Source: Anaeramoeba ignava BMAN (lineage: Eukaryota; Protista; Anaeramoebae). Taken from it: a stretch of DNA of 64,000 nucleotides. Under the pieces are notes generated by a model. The model was not told where the DNA came from. It saw nothing but the letters and a program-made list of their open reading frames with translations, and did no database searches. The position numbers and the translations under genes are program-made. Every line of letters begins with the position of its first letter. Position 1 is the first letter of the stretch. The stretch covers positions 173,905 to 237,904 of the forward strand of contig JAPDFW010000100.1 of assembly GCA_028826165.1 (NCBI GenBank). Direction: 5' to 3'. Positions 34,923 through 46,618 of this stretch are shown piece after piece.

Positions 34923-37900
34923 ATGACAAATTTTCAACAATTTGATGAACAATTAAATATTTTATTAGTTGGATTTTCAAGTAAAATTTTAATTTAAAAA
35001 AAAATTTAAATAAAATTAAAATCAAATTAAAATAAAATAAATAAGCAGAAGTTGGAAAAAGTTCTTTAATTCTTAGATTTATTGTAAATTTAATCTAAAA
35101 AGATAAAAAAGACAAAAATAAAAACCAAAACCAAAATAAAAGCAAAACAAAAACCAAAACAAAAATCAAAACAAAAACCAAAATCAAATCAAAACAAAAA
35201 TAAAAACAAAAATCAAAACAAAAACCAAAAACCAAAACAAAAATCAAAACAAAAACCAAAACAAAAACCAAAAACAAAAACAAAAAACAAAACCAAAATC
35301 AAAATCAAAAACCAAAATCAAAAACAAAAATCAAAACAAAAACCAAAACAAAAACAAAAACAAAAACCAAAATCAAAATCAAATCAAAAACCAAAATCAA
35401 AACAAAAACAAAAATCAAAATCAAAACAAAAATCAAAACAAAAATCAAAACAAAAATCAAAACAAAAACCAAAATCAAAATCAAAATCAAAATCAAAACA
35501 AAAACCAAAACAAAATCAAAAATAAAAATCAAAACAAAAATCAAAACAAAAATCAAAATCAAAATCAAAAACAAAAATCAAAACCAAAATCAAAACCAAA
35601 ATCAAAACAAAAATCAAAACAAAAATCAAAATCAAAAATCAAAACCAAAACAAAATCAAAAACAAAAATCAAAACAAAAACAAAAACAAAAACAAAAACA
35701 AAAATCAAAAATAAAAATCAAAACAAAACCAAAATCAAAATCAAAAACCAAAATCAAAAACCAAAACCAAAATAAAAGCAAAACAAAAACCAAAACAAAA
35801 ATCAAAACAAAAACCAAAACAAAAACCAAAACCAAAATAAAAGCAAAATCCAAAATCAAATCAAAAACCAAAATAAAAACCAAAACAAAAATCAAAACAA
35901 AAATCAAAATCAAAAATCAAAACCAAAACAAAATCAAAAACAAAAATCAAAACAAAAACAAAAACAAAAACAAAAATCAAAAACAAAAATCAAAACAAAA
36001 ACCAAAACAAAATCAAAAACCAAAACAAAAACCAAAACAAAAATCAAAACAAAAACCAAAACAAAAACAAAAATCAAAGCAAAAACCAAAACAAAAACCA
36101 AAACAAAAATCAAAACAAAACCAAAATCAAATCAAAAACCAAAATAAAAACAAAAATCAAAACAAAAACCAAAAACCAAAACAAAAACCAAAACCAAAAT
36201 CAAAAACCAAAACAAAAACCAAAACAAAAACCAAAACAAAAATCAAATCAAAAACCAAAATAAAAACAAAAACCAAAATCAAAAACCAAAACAAAAATCA
36301 AAACAAAAACCAAAATCAAAAACAAAAACAAAAACAAAAACAAATATCAAAAATCAAAACAAAAATCAAAACAAAAACCAAAACCAAAATAAAAGCAAAA
36401 TCCAAATCAAAAATCAAAACAAAAACCAAAACAAAATCAAAAACCAAAACAAAAACCAAAAACAAAAACAAAAACAAAAACCAAAATCAAAAACCAAAAT
36501 AAAAACCAAAACAAAAATCAAAACAAAAACCAAAACAAAAATCAAAAACCAAATCAAAAATCAAAACAAAAACCAAAACAAAAACCAAAAACAAAAACAA
36601 AAACAAAAACCAAAATCAAAAACCAAAACAAAAATCAAAACAAAAACAAAAAACAAAAACCAAAACAAAAACAAAAATCAAAACAAAAACCAAAACAAAA
36701 ATCAAAACAAAAATCAAAACAAAAACCAAAAACAAAACAAAAAAACAAATATCAAAAATCAAAACAAAAACCAAAACAAAAATCAAAACAAAAATCAAAA
36801 CAAAAACCAAAACAAAAACCAAAATCAAAAACCAAAATAAAAGCAAAACAAAAACCAAAACAAAAATCAAAACAACCAAAACAAAAACCAAAACCAAAAT
36901 AAAAGCAAAATCCAAAACAAAAATCAAAATCAAAACAAAAACCAAAACAAAAACAAAAACAAAAACAAAAACAAAAACAAAAACCAAAACCAAAATCAAA
37001 AACAAAAATCAAAACCAAAATCAAAAACCAAAACAAAAACCAAAACAAAAACCAAAACAAAATCAAAACAAAAACCAAAATCAAAACCAAAACAAAAACC
37101 AAAACAAAAATCAAAACAAAAATCAAATCAAAAATAATTTTCCTAATTTAATTTTCCTAATTTAATTTAATTTAATTTTCCTAATTTAATTTAATCTAAT
37201 TTAATTTTCCTAATTTAATTTAATTTAATTTAAGGATAATACTTTCGATGAAAATCCTCCAATAACAATTGGATTTACTTTTGTAAATTATATATTTCTT
37301 TATAAATTATTTTATTTTATTTTATTTTATTTAATTTAATATTATTTTAGAAAACTACAATTATTGAACAAGAACAAAAAAGGATTAAATTGAAAATTGT
37401 AAATTATCATTTATTTTATATTATTTTATTTTAATATTAATATTTATTCAACTTTAAAAAATAAAGTGGCATTCTTCAAGTCAAGAAAAATTTATATCTA
37501 GTGTTCGTCATCATTATGGGTATTTTTAAAATTTATCAAGAAATTTATAATGAAATTTAAAATGAAATTTAAAATAAAATTTAAAATGAAATTTAAAATG
37601 AAATTTAAAATTAAATTTATAATTAAATTTATATCAAAATTTATAATTAAATTTATAATGAAATTTATAATGAAATTTAAAATGAAATTTATAATTAAAT
37701 TTATAATTAAATTTAAAATGAAATTTATAATGAAATTTATAATGAAATTTATAATGAAATTTAAAATGAAATTTAAAATGAAATTTAAAATGAAATTTAT
37801 ATCAAAATTTATAATTAAATTTATAATGAAATTTATAATGAAATTTAAAATGAAATTTATAATAAAATTTAAAATGAAATTTAAAATGAAATTTAAAATG

Positions 37901-39758
37901 AAATTTAAAATGAAATTTAAAATGAAATTTATAATGAAATTTATAATGAAATTTAAAATGAAATTTATAATGAAATTTAAAATGAAATTTAAAATGAAAT
38001 TTAAAATGAAATTTAAAATGAAATTTAAAATGAAATTTAAAATGAAATTTAAAATGAAATTTAAAATGAAATTTATAATGAAATTTAAAATGAAATTTAT
38101 AATGAAATTTATAATGAAATTTAAAATGAAATTTAAAATGAAATTTATCAAGAAATTTAAAATGAAATTTAAAATGAAATTTATAATGAAATTTAAAATG
38201 AAATTTATAATGAAATTTATATCAAAATTTATATCAAAATTTATATCAAAATTTATATCAAAATTTAAAATGAAATTTAAAATGAAATTTATAATGAAAT
38301 TTATAATGAAATTTAAAATGAAATTTAAAATGAAATTTATAATGAAATTTAAAATGAAATTTAAAATGAAATTTAAAATGAAATTTAAAATAAAATTTAT
38401 AATGAAATTTATAATGAAATTTATAATAAAATTTAAAATTAAATTTATAATGAAATTTATAATGAAATTTATAATGAAATTTATAATTAAATTTATAATA
38501 AAATTTAAAATGAAATTTAAAATGAAATTTAAAATGAAATTTATAATAAAATTTAAAATGAAATTTAAAATGAAATTTAAAATGAAATTTAAAATGAAAT
38601 TTAAAATGAAATTTATAATGAAATTTAAAATGAAATTTAAAATGAAATTTATAATGAAATTTATAATGAAATTTATAATGAAATTTAAAATGAAATTTAA
38701 AATGAAATTTATAATGAAATTTAAAATGAAATTTAAAATAAAATTTATAATGAAATTTATAAATGAAATTTATAATGAAATTTATAATTAAATTTAAAAT
38801 GAAATTTAAAAATGAAATTTAAAAATGAAATTTATAACAAAATTTATAATTAAATTTAAAATGAGAATTTATAATTAAATTTAAAATTAAATTTATAATT
38901 AAATTTATAATGAAATTTATAACAAAATTTATAATAAAATTTAAAATGAAATTTAAAATTAAATTTAAAATGAAATTTAAAATAAAATTTAAAATGAAAT
39001 TTAAAATGAAATTTAAAATGAAATTTAAAATGAAATTTATCAAGAAATTTATAATTAAATTTAAAATTAAATTTATAATTAAATTTATAATGAAATTTAT
39101 AACAAAATTTAAAATGAAATTTATAATGAAATTTAAAATTAAATTTATAATGAAATTTATAATGAAATTTATAATAAAATTTAAAATGAAATTTAAAATG
39201 AAATTTAAAATGAAATTTATAATAAAATTTAAAATGAAATTTATAATAAAATTTAAAATGAAATTTATAATGAAATTTATAATGAAATTTATAATAAAAT
39301 TTAAAATGAAATTTATAATGAAATTTATATCAAAATTTATATCAAAATTTATATCAAAATTTATATCAAAATTTAAATCAAAATTTATTAGAACTGCAGA
39401 TGCAATTCTTGTTATATATGATATTACAAATCTTGAAACATTTGAATTTGTTAAAACATGGATGGAAGAAATAGAAAAACATTCCAAACCACAAACATTA
39501 AAAATTTTAATAGGAAATAAAGCAGATCTTCGAAAAGAAAGAATTATTAATTACGAAGTTGGAAAAAAAGTTGCAGAATCTCATGGATATTTATTTTATG
39601 AAACAAGCTCAAAAGATTCTGTTAATGTTGAAACTACTTTTAGAACTGCAGTTTCTTCTATTCTTCAACAAGATAGAACAAAAGATTGGGATGAAAATGC
39701 TCCTTTACTTCAAAATGAAAACAAAAAAGAAAAAAAAGAAAAAAAAGGTTGTTGTTAA
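34923..39758 (+). CDS. Divergent Rab-family GTPase, 6 exons, two satellite-expanded introns
   Basis: Spliced MTNFQQFDEQLNILLVGFS|KVGKSSLILRFI|DNTFDENPPITIGFTF|KTTII..IKLKI|WHSSSQEKF..HYG|TADAILVIYDIT..GNKAD..ETSSK..GCC stop. Confidence 0.88.
35100..37230. repeat. Intronic A/C-rich satellite (caaaacaaaaat/caaaacaaaaac) in Rab intron 2
   Basis: Direct inspection; nearly G-free on the + strand. Confidence 0.95.
37530..39385. repeat. Intronic 12-bp satellite (atgaaatttaaa/atgaaatttata) in Rab intron 5
   Basis: Direct inspection; source of the spurious MKFK/NFIL ORFs. Confidence 0.95.
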
Positions 39759-39910
39759 AAAATTTAACAAATTTTAAATTCTTTCTTATTCTTCTTTTTT
39801 TATTTTTTATTCCAAATTTTTTTTAAAACAAAAAATAAACAAAATTTTTTTTTTCATTTTTTTCATTTTTCATTTTTTTCTTTTCAAAATTAAAATTAAA
39901 AGAAATTAAA

Positions 39911-41239
39911 ATGTCTTTTTCAATTAAATCTGCTTCAGTTTATCAAATTTATCAATTATTAGAATTTTTAGATCTTTTTAAAAGTGAAAAACAGAAAGAA
40001 AAAGAAAAAGAAAAAGAAAATGAAAAAGAAAATGAAAAAGAAAATGAAAAAGAAAAAGAAATGGAAAAAGAAAAAGAAAAAGGAAATGAAAATGAAAATG
40101 AAAATGAAATTAATGAAAAAGAAATAAATGAAAAAGAAATTGTTTTTTGGAATGTCTTTAAAGCAAATAAATTTGAAATGGATTTTATAAATGCATCTTT
40201 CAATACAATTCAACAAACTTTATCTCAAATTAATCCTCAAATTCAAATTATTTTTAATGAAAATGAAAAAGTGTTAAATATTCAAAAAATGAATGGAAAT
40301 AATTCAAGTTATATTAATATTAAAGAATATAATGAATTAATAAGTATTTTAGAAGATCAAATCAATAAAAAAGGATTATTTGATTATATGTCTTTAGCTA
40401 AAGATTTTCTTGATGAAATTAAAAAATATTGTTTAAAAAAATTTCCATTCATTTCTAAAGAAGAAATTGAACCAATTTATATTAAAGAAAATGTTGGATT
40501 TCAAGAAGAATGGTCAGTTCATTTTGATCTTGCTTTTGAATCAGGAGATGATTATGGAAATTGTATTTCATGTCCAAATCCAAATAACTTTAACAAAAGA
40601 TTACTTGATGCTTGTTATGAACTTCGAGGAAGTGGATATGGAAGAGTTTATGCTGATTATTTCCAGAGCTTTTTCACTCATATTACACATGAATTTGTTC
40701 ATTGTATTCAATCCAAAAAGAAACAACTTGATTATTCATCTTTAAATTGGATTATTGAACATGATGCATCAATTCTTGGAACAAGTTTTTTTTATCATAT
40801 TGTTAAAAATATGGATCAAAAAACATTTCATAAATTTTTTCCTATTGAAGGATTAATTGAACAATTCATTTTATATGAATTTAATGAGGCACTTAGGTTA
40901 CACAAGAAATCTTATACAGAGAATATTCAAAAACTTTATTTAAATTGGATTGATGATTATGGACTTAATTATCCTGAAGAAGATGATCCAAATCTTGTTG
41001 GTCAATCAGTTTATTATATGAAACAAAGAGTTTCTATTGAAGGATTTTTTTATTCAGAAGATTTATTTAATACTTGTTTTGAATATTGTTTAAAAGATAG
41101 AACTGGAGATTTAAAAAAATTAAAGAAAATTATTCCAAATCAAATTAAAGTTGATCAACAAAAAACAAGTATTTCAAAACTTTCTAAACCTTTAAAAGAA
41201 GAATTAATTTTGAAATTTATTGAAAGAATTAAGAATTAA
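39911..41239 (+). CDS. Uncharacterised HExxH (putative zinc-peptidase-like) protein, copy 1
   Basis: Intronless 442-aa ORF; THEFVH with downstream WIIEHDA; paralogous to the next two genes. Confidence 0.8.
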   Translation: MSFSIKSASVYQIYQLLEFLDLFKSEKQKEKEKEKENEKENEKENEKEKEMEKEKEKGNENENENEINEKEINEKEIVFWNVFKANKFEMDFINASFNTIQQTLSQINPQIQIIFNENEKVLNIQKMNGNNSSYINIKEYNELISILEDQINKKGLFDYMSLAKDFLDEIKKYCLKKFPFISKEEIEPIYIKENVGFQEEWSVHFDLAFESGDDYGNCISCPNPNNFNKRLLDACYELRGSGYGRVYADYFQSFFTHITHEFVHCIQSKKKQLDYSSLNWIIEHDASILGTSFFYHIVKNMDQKTFHKFFPIEGLIEQFILYEFNEALRLHKKSYTENIQKLYLNWIDDYGLNYPEEDDPNLVGQSVYYMKQRVSIEGFFYSEDLFNTCFEYCLKDRTGDLKKLKKIIPNQIKVDQQKTSISKLSKPLKEELILKFIERIKN

Positions 41240-41603
41240 AAATTAAGAATTAAGAATTAAATTAAATTAAATTAAAATTTGGATTAGTTAATCATAACTT
41301 AATAAAAAGAAATTTTCTTAAAATATTTAAAAGAAGAATTAATTTTGAAATTTATTGAAAGAATTGAGAATTAAGAATTAAAAATTAAGAATTAAAAATT
41401 AAGAATTAAAAAAGTGGAATAAATTAAATTAAATTAAAATAAATTAAATTAATTTGGATTAGTTAATCATAACTTAATAAAAAGAAATTTTCTTAAAATT
41501 TTAAGTTTAATTCATCAACTTTTTATTAAAATAAAAAAAACCAAAAAAACTTTTTTCATTTTTTTATTTTTTATATTTTTTATTTTTTTTATTTAAAATT
41601 AAA

Positions 41604-43057
41604 ATGTCTTTTTCAATTAAATCTGCTTCAGTTTATCAAATTTATCAATTATTAGAATTTTTAGATCTTTTTAAAAGTGAAAAGGAAAAAGAAAAACAAA
41701 AACAAATTCAAAAAAATAAACTAATTCTAAAAGAAATCAAAAAACAATTTTCCAGAAGATATAGAAAGAAATTCAAGTTAGAATATGAAAGACAATTTAA
41801 GAGACAAGAAAAAGAAATGGAAAAAGAAATTAATGAAAAAGAAATTGTTTTTTGGAATGTCTTTAAAGCAAATAAATTTGAAATGGATTTTATAAATTCA
41901 TCCTTCAATACAATCCAACAAACTTTATCTCAAATTAATCCTCAAATTCAAATTATTTTTAATGAAAATGAAAAAGTGTTAAATATTCAAAAAATGAATG
42001 GAAATAATTCAAGTTATATTAATATTAAAGAATATAATGAATTAATAAGTATTTTAGAAAATCAAATCAATAAAAAAGGATTATTTGATTATATGTCTTT
42101 AGCTAAAGATTTTCTTGATGAAATTAAAAAATATTGTTTAAAAAAATTTCCATTCATTTCTAAAGAAGAAATTGAACCAATTTATATTAAAGAAAATGTT
42201 GGATTTCAAGAAGAATGGTCAGTTCATTTTGATCTTTCATTTGATTCAGGAGATGATTATGGAAATTGTATTTCATGTCCAAATCCAAATAACTTTAACA
42301 AAAGATTACTTGATGAATGTTATGATTCTCGATTAATTGGATATGGAAGAGTTTATGTTGATTATTTTCAAAGTATTTTCACTTCCATTCCACATGAATT
42401 TGTTCATTGTATTCAATCCAAAAAGAAACAACTTGATTATTCATCTTTAAGCTGGATTACTGAACATGATGCATCAATTCTTGGAACAAGTTTTTTTTAT
42501 CATATTGTTAAAAATATGGATCAAAAAACATTTCATAAATTTTTTCCTATTGAAGGATTAATTGAATTATTTGTTTTGCATGAATTTAATCACACTATTG
42601 AATTAAAAGAAAAATATTCTAATGAATATATTCAAAAACTCTATTTAAATTGGATTGATGATTTTGGACTTAATTATCCTGAAGAAGATGATCCAAATAT
42701 AAATGAAGAAACAAGTAATTATATGAAACAAAGAGTTTCTATTGAAGGATTTTTTTATTCAGAAGATTTATTTAATACTTGTTTTGATTATTGTTTAAAA
42801 ATAGAACTGGAGATTTAAAAAAACTAAAGAAAATTATTCCAAATCAAATTAAAGTTAATCAACAAAAAACAAGTATTTCAAAACTTTCTAAACCTTTAAA
42901 AGAAGAATTAATTTTGAAATTTATTCAAAGAATTGAAAATGAAAATTGGTTTCTTTCTTTAACAAAAAAAAGTGGAACAAACAAACAAAAAAAACAAAAA
43001 CAAAATTCATTTTTTGATTTAAAAAAGAAAAGGAAAATCGCAATACAATTCAAATAA
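41604..43057 (+). CDS. HExxH protein copy 2 (1-nt deletion ~42800; true 3' end uncertain)
   Basis: PHEFVH, WITEHDA; ORF 42791-43057 continues the paralogous C-terminus (RTGDLKKLKK) in another frame. Confidence 0.75.
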
Positions 43058-43174
43058 AAAAATTTGATTAAATATATTAATAACTTAATTGAATAAAAAT
43101 AAACAAAATTTTTTTTTTCATTTTTTCATTTTTTCATTTTTTTCTTTTCAAAATTAAAATTAAAAGAAATTAAA

Positions 43175-44482
43175 ATGTCTTTTTCAATTAAATCTGCTTC
43201 AGTTTATCAAATTTATCAATTATTAGAATTTTTAGATCTTTTTAAAAGTGAAAAACAGAAAGAAAAAGAAAAAGAAAAAGAAAAAGAAAATGAAAAAGAA
43301 AAAGAAAAACAAAAACAAAATGAAAAAGAAAAAGAAAAAGAAAAAGAAAAAGAAATGGAAAAAGAAATAAATGAAAAAGAAATTGTTTTTTGGAATGTTT
43401 TTAAAGCAAATAAATTTGAAATGGATTTTATAAATTCATCTTTCAATACAATCCAACAAACTTTATCTCAAATTAATCCTCAAATTCAAATTATTTTTAA
43501 TGAAAATGAAAAAGTGTTAAATATTCAAAAAATGAATGGAAATAATTCAAATTATATTAATATTAAAGAATATAATGAATTAATAAGTATTTTAGAAGAT
43601 CAAATCAATAAAAAAGGATTATTTGATTACATGTCTTTAGCTAAAGATTTTCTTGATGAAATTAAAAAATATTGTTTAAAAAAATTTCCATTCATTTCTA
43701 AAGAAGAAATTGAACCAATTTATATTAAAGAAAATGTTGGATTTCAAGAAGAATGGTCAACTTTTTTTGATCTCTCATTTGAATCAGGAGATGATTATGG
43801 AAATTGTATTTCATGTCCAAATCCAAATAACTTTAACAAAAGATTACTTGATGCTTGTTATGATGCTCGATTAATTGGATATGGAAGAGTTTATGCTGAT
43901 TATTTTGAAAGTATTTTCACTCACATTCCACATGAATTTGTACATTGTATTCAATCCAAAAAGAAACAACTTGATTATTCAGAAAGAAGCTGGATTACTG
44001 AGCATGATGCATCAATTCTTGGAACAAGTTTTTTTTATCATATTGTTAAAAATATGAATCAAAAAACATTTCATAAATTTTTTCCTATTGAAGGATTAAT
44101 TGAACAATTCATTTTATATGAATTCAATCACACTATTGAATTAAAAGAAAAATATTCTAATGAAAATATTCAAAAACTTTATTTAAATTGGATTGATGAT
44201 TATGGACTTAATTATCCTGAAGAAGATGATCCAAATATAAATGAAGAAACAAATTATTATATGAAACAAAGAGTTTCTATTGAAGGATTTTTTTATTCAG
44301 AAGATTTATTTAATACTTGTTTTGATTATTGTTTAAAAGATAGAACTGGAGATTTAAAAAAATTAAAGAAAATTATTCCAAATCAAATTAAAATTGATCA
44401 ACAAAAAACAAGCATTTCAAAACTTTCTAAACCTTTAAAAGAAGAATTAATTTTGAAATTTATTGAAAGAATTAAGGATTAA
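43175..44482 (+). CDS. HExxH protein copy 3
   Basis: PHEFVH, WITEHDA; 435-aa intronless ORF. Confidence 0.8.
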   Translation: MSFSIKSASVYQIYQLLEFLDLFKSEKQKEKEKEKEKENEKEKEKQKQNEKEKEKEKEKEMEKEINEKEIVFWNVFKANKFEMDFINSSFNTIQQTLSQINPQIQIIFNENEKVLNIQKMNGNNSNYINIKEYNELISILEDQINKKGLFDYMSLAKDFLDEIKKYCLKKFPFISKEEIEPIYIKENVGFQEEWSTFFDLSFESGDDYGNCISCPNPNNFNKRLLDACYDARLIGYGRVYADYFESIFTHIPHEFVHCIQSKKKQLDYSERSWITEHDASILGTSFFYHIVKNMNQKTFHKFFPIEGLIEQFILYEFNHTIELKEKYSNENIQKLYLNWIDDYGLNYPEEDDPNINEETNYYMKQRVSIEGFFYSEDLFNTCFDYCLKDRTGDLKKLKKIIPNQIKIDQQKTSISKLSKPLKEELILKFIERIKD

Positions 44483-44562
44483 GAATTGAAAATTAAGAAT
44501 TGAAAATTAAAAATGATTTTTTTCTTTCTTTTTCTTTTTCTCTTCAAAAAAATTAAAAAATC

Positions 44563-46453
44563 TTAATTCCATGATTTGAACCAAAACATTTTGGAGTGTT
44601 GATCTTGTGAGATTGGAAAAGAGTAAACCAAAGGAATAAAATACCACCAACCAAAACCAATAGCAGATAAAACTATCAAACTAAAGAAAATTTTGAGAAA
44701 AGTTTTTGAAAGAATATTCAAGAAAAAATCAAAAATTTTGGAAGTTAATAAAATAGCGAAAAGTAAAGAAGGAATATAATGATAAAGCCAAGTAACTCTT
44801 GGAACCAAAGCAAAAGGAATCAAGTTAAAAAAGTAACCAGAAAAGAAGAAGAGGAAGAACAAGAAATTTGAGTTAAAAAAACGGAAGAAATATGAAGTTT
44901 GATTTTGATTTTGATTTTGATTTTGATTTTGATTTTGATTTTGATTTTGATTTTTTCTGTTTTTGAATTTTTGGATCAAATAATTTAAAACAACTATAAA
45001 AAGAATAATGGCTCCAAAACATAAACCACCAAAAGAAATCCACCAAATGATCGGATTTCCGAGACAATAAACATATTCATTTCTTCCGTTTTGAGCTCCT
45101 TTTGTGTAATAAAATGCAATTTTCCCAATGTGTAAAGGCCATTCATACCAAAGTGATGAGAATGGATGAGTGTTTTTGATTCCCATGTTTGCATTATGCA
45201 TTGCTTTATTGAGCATTTCAATCCGAGCTAAAGAAGATGGGAATAATGAGAGATCACGTGCATAAATTTCTTCTTTAGTTGCAATACTTCTTCTGAAATC
45301 CATTGACATAAAATCATCTCCTTGTCCTTTATAAGGAAGAAGTTTCAAATGGAAATGAAAAGAGAGAAAAAACATGAAAAGTGGAACACCAATTAAAGCA
45401 GCAGCAGAAATTAATAATTCAAAAAATAATTTTCTGTATTTCTTGATTGATTTTGGAAAAGTAAATGAAAATAAATTTTGATTTGAATTTTGATTTGAAT
45501 TTTGATTTAATTTTTCATTTAATTTTTCATTTAAATTTTCATTTGATTTTTCATTTGAATTTTCATTTAATTTTTCATTTGAATTTTCATTTGAATTTTC
45601 ATTTGATTTTTCATTTGAATTTTCATTTGATTTTTCATTTGAATTTTCATTTGATTTTTCATTTGATTTTATATTTTTCCAAGTTTTCGATCCATTAAAA
45701 TATTCCGTTATTAAATAAACAAAATGAAAAAATCCAACTGATGCATAAGTTCCAAAAGATGTTAATTTTGTTGTGACTGCAAAACCCAAAGAAATACCAG
45801 AAATAAAGAGAAAGAAAATCCATTTAAAACTAAAAACTGGATATTTTCTAAAAGTGATTGAAAAAAGCAAAGAAATAGCAACAAAAAAAAACAAAAAACC
45901 ATCAGTTAAAATAAGCCTTGATTCGACCAAAATAGCATTATCAAAAATAATCATAAAAGAAGCAATTAAAGAAGAATAAATAGAAGAATTTAGCTGTCTC
46001 ATGATTAAATAAAAAACAGGCGCAATCAAACTTCCAATAAAGGCCTGTTGAGAGCGAATAGCCATATATCTTGTTTCCCCGTATTCTTGGCCAAGATGTC
46101 CAAAAGGAAACGTTGGTTCATATTTTCCTAGTTTTCCTAGTGCTGATAATACTAGTTTTGCTGTTGGTGGATGAATGTCAAAAAAATACTCCCCTTTTAA
46201 ATACCAATTTATAAACTTTCCAAAATGATATTCATCAAATACTACTCCGCTGGGTTGGGATAACCTCCAAAATCTTGTTCCAATTGATATTACTGTTATT
46301 AATACTAGAATCACAATTTCTTTTTTTCCTTTATTTGTTTTTATTTTTTTATTTCTTTTTTTTTTTTTTCTTTTTATTTCTTTTGATTTCTTTAATTTCT
46401 TTTTCTTTTTGTTTTCTGTTTTGTTTTTGTTTTTTTGTTTTTTGTTTTTGCAT
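44563..46453 (-). CDS. PMT: Dolichyl-phosphate-mannose:protein O-mannosyltransferase (GT39), no MIR domain; start approximate
   Basis: VVFDEYHFGKF..YFFDIHPP, ESRLILTD, TTKLT, HPFSSLWYEWP, LGNPIIWW, RVTWLYHYIPSL; multiple TM helices. Probable ATG 46453 is out of frame across an A-run. Confidence 0.9.
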
Positions 46454-46618
46454 TATTTTGATTGTTGAAAAATGAAAATAAAAAAAATGAAAAAAAAATT
46501 TTTTCCTTTTATTTAGAAATTAAAATAAAAAGGAATTAAAAAATAAAATTGATTTAAAAAGGAATTAAATTAAATTGAGAAATTGAATTAAATTGGGAAA
46601 TTTGGAAAGTTGTTTCGA

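Noticed and set aside
35095-39487. Long ORFs such as MKFKMKF.., NFILNFI.. and FVLIFVL..
   Set aside because: Stop-free translations of 12-bp satellites inside Rab introns; the same applies to the ILILIL/DFDFDF/KIKIKI ORFs elsewhere.
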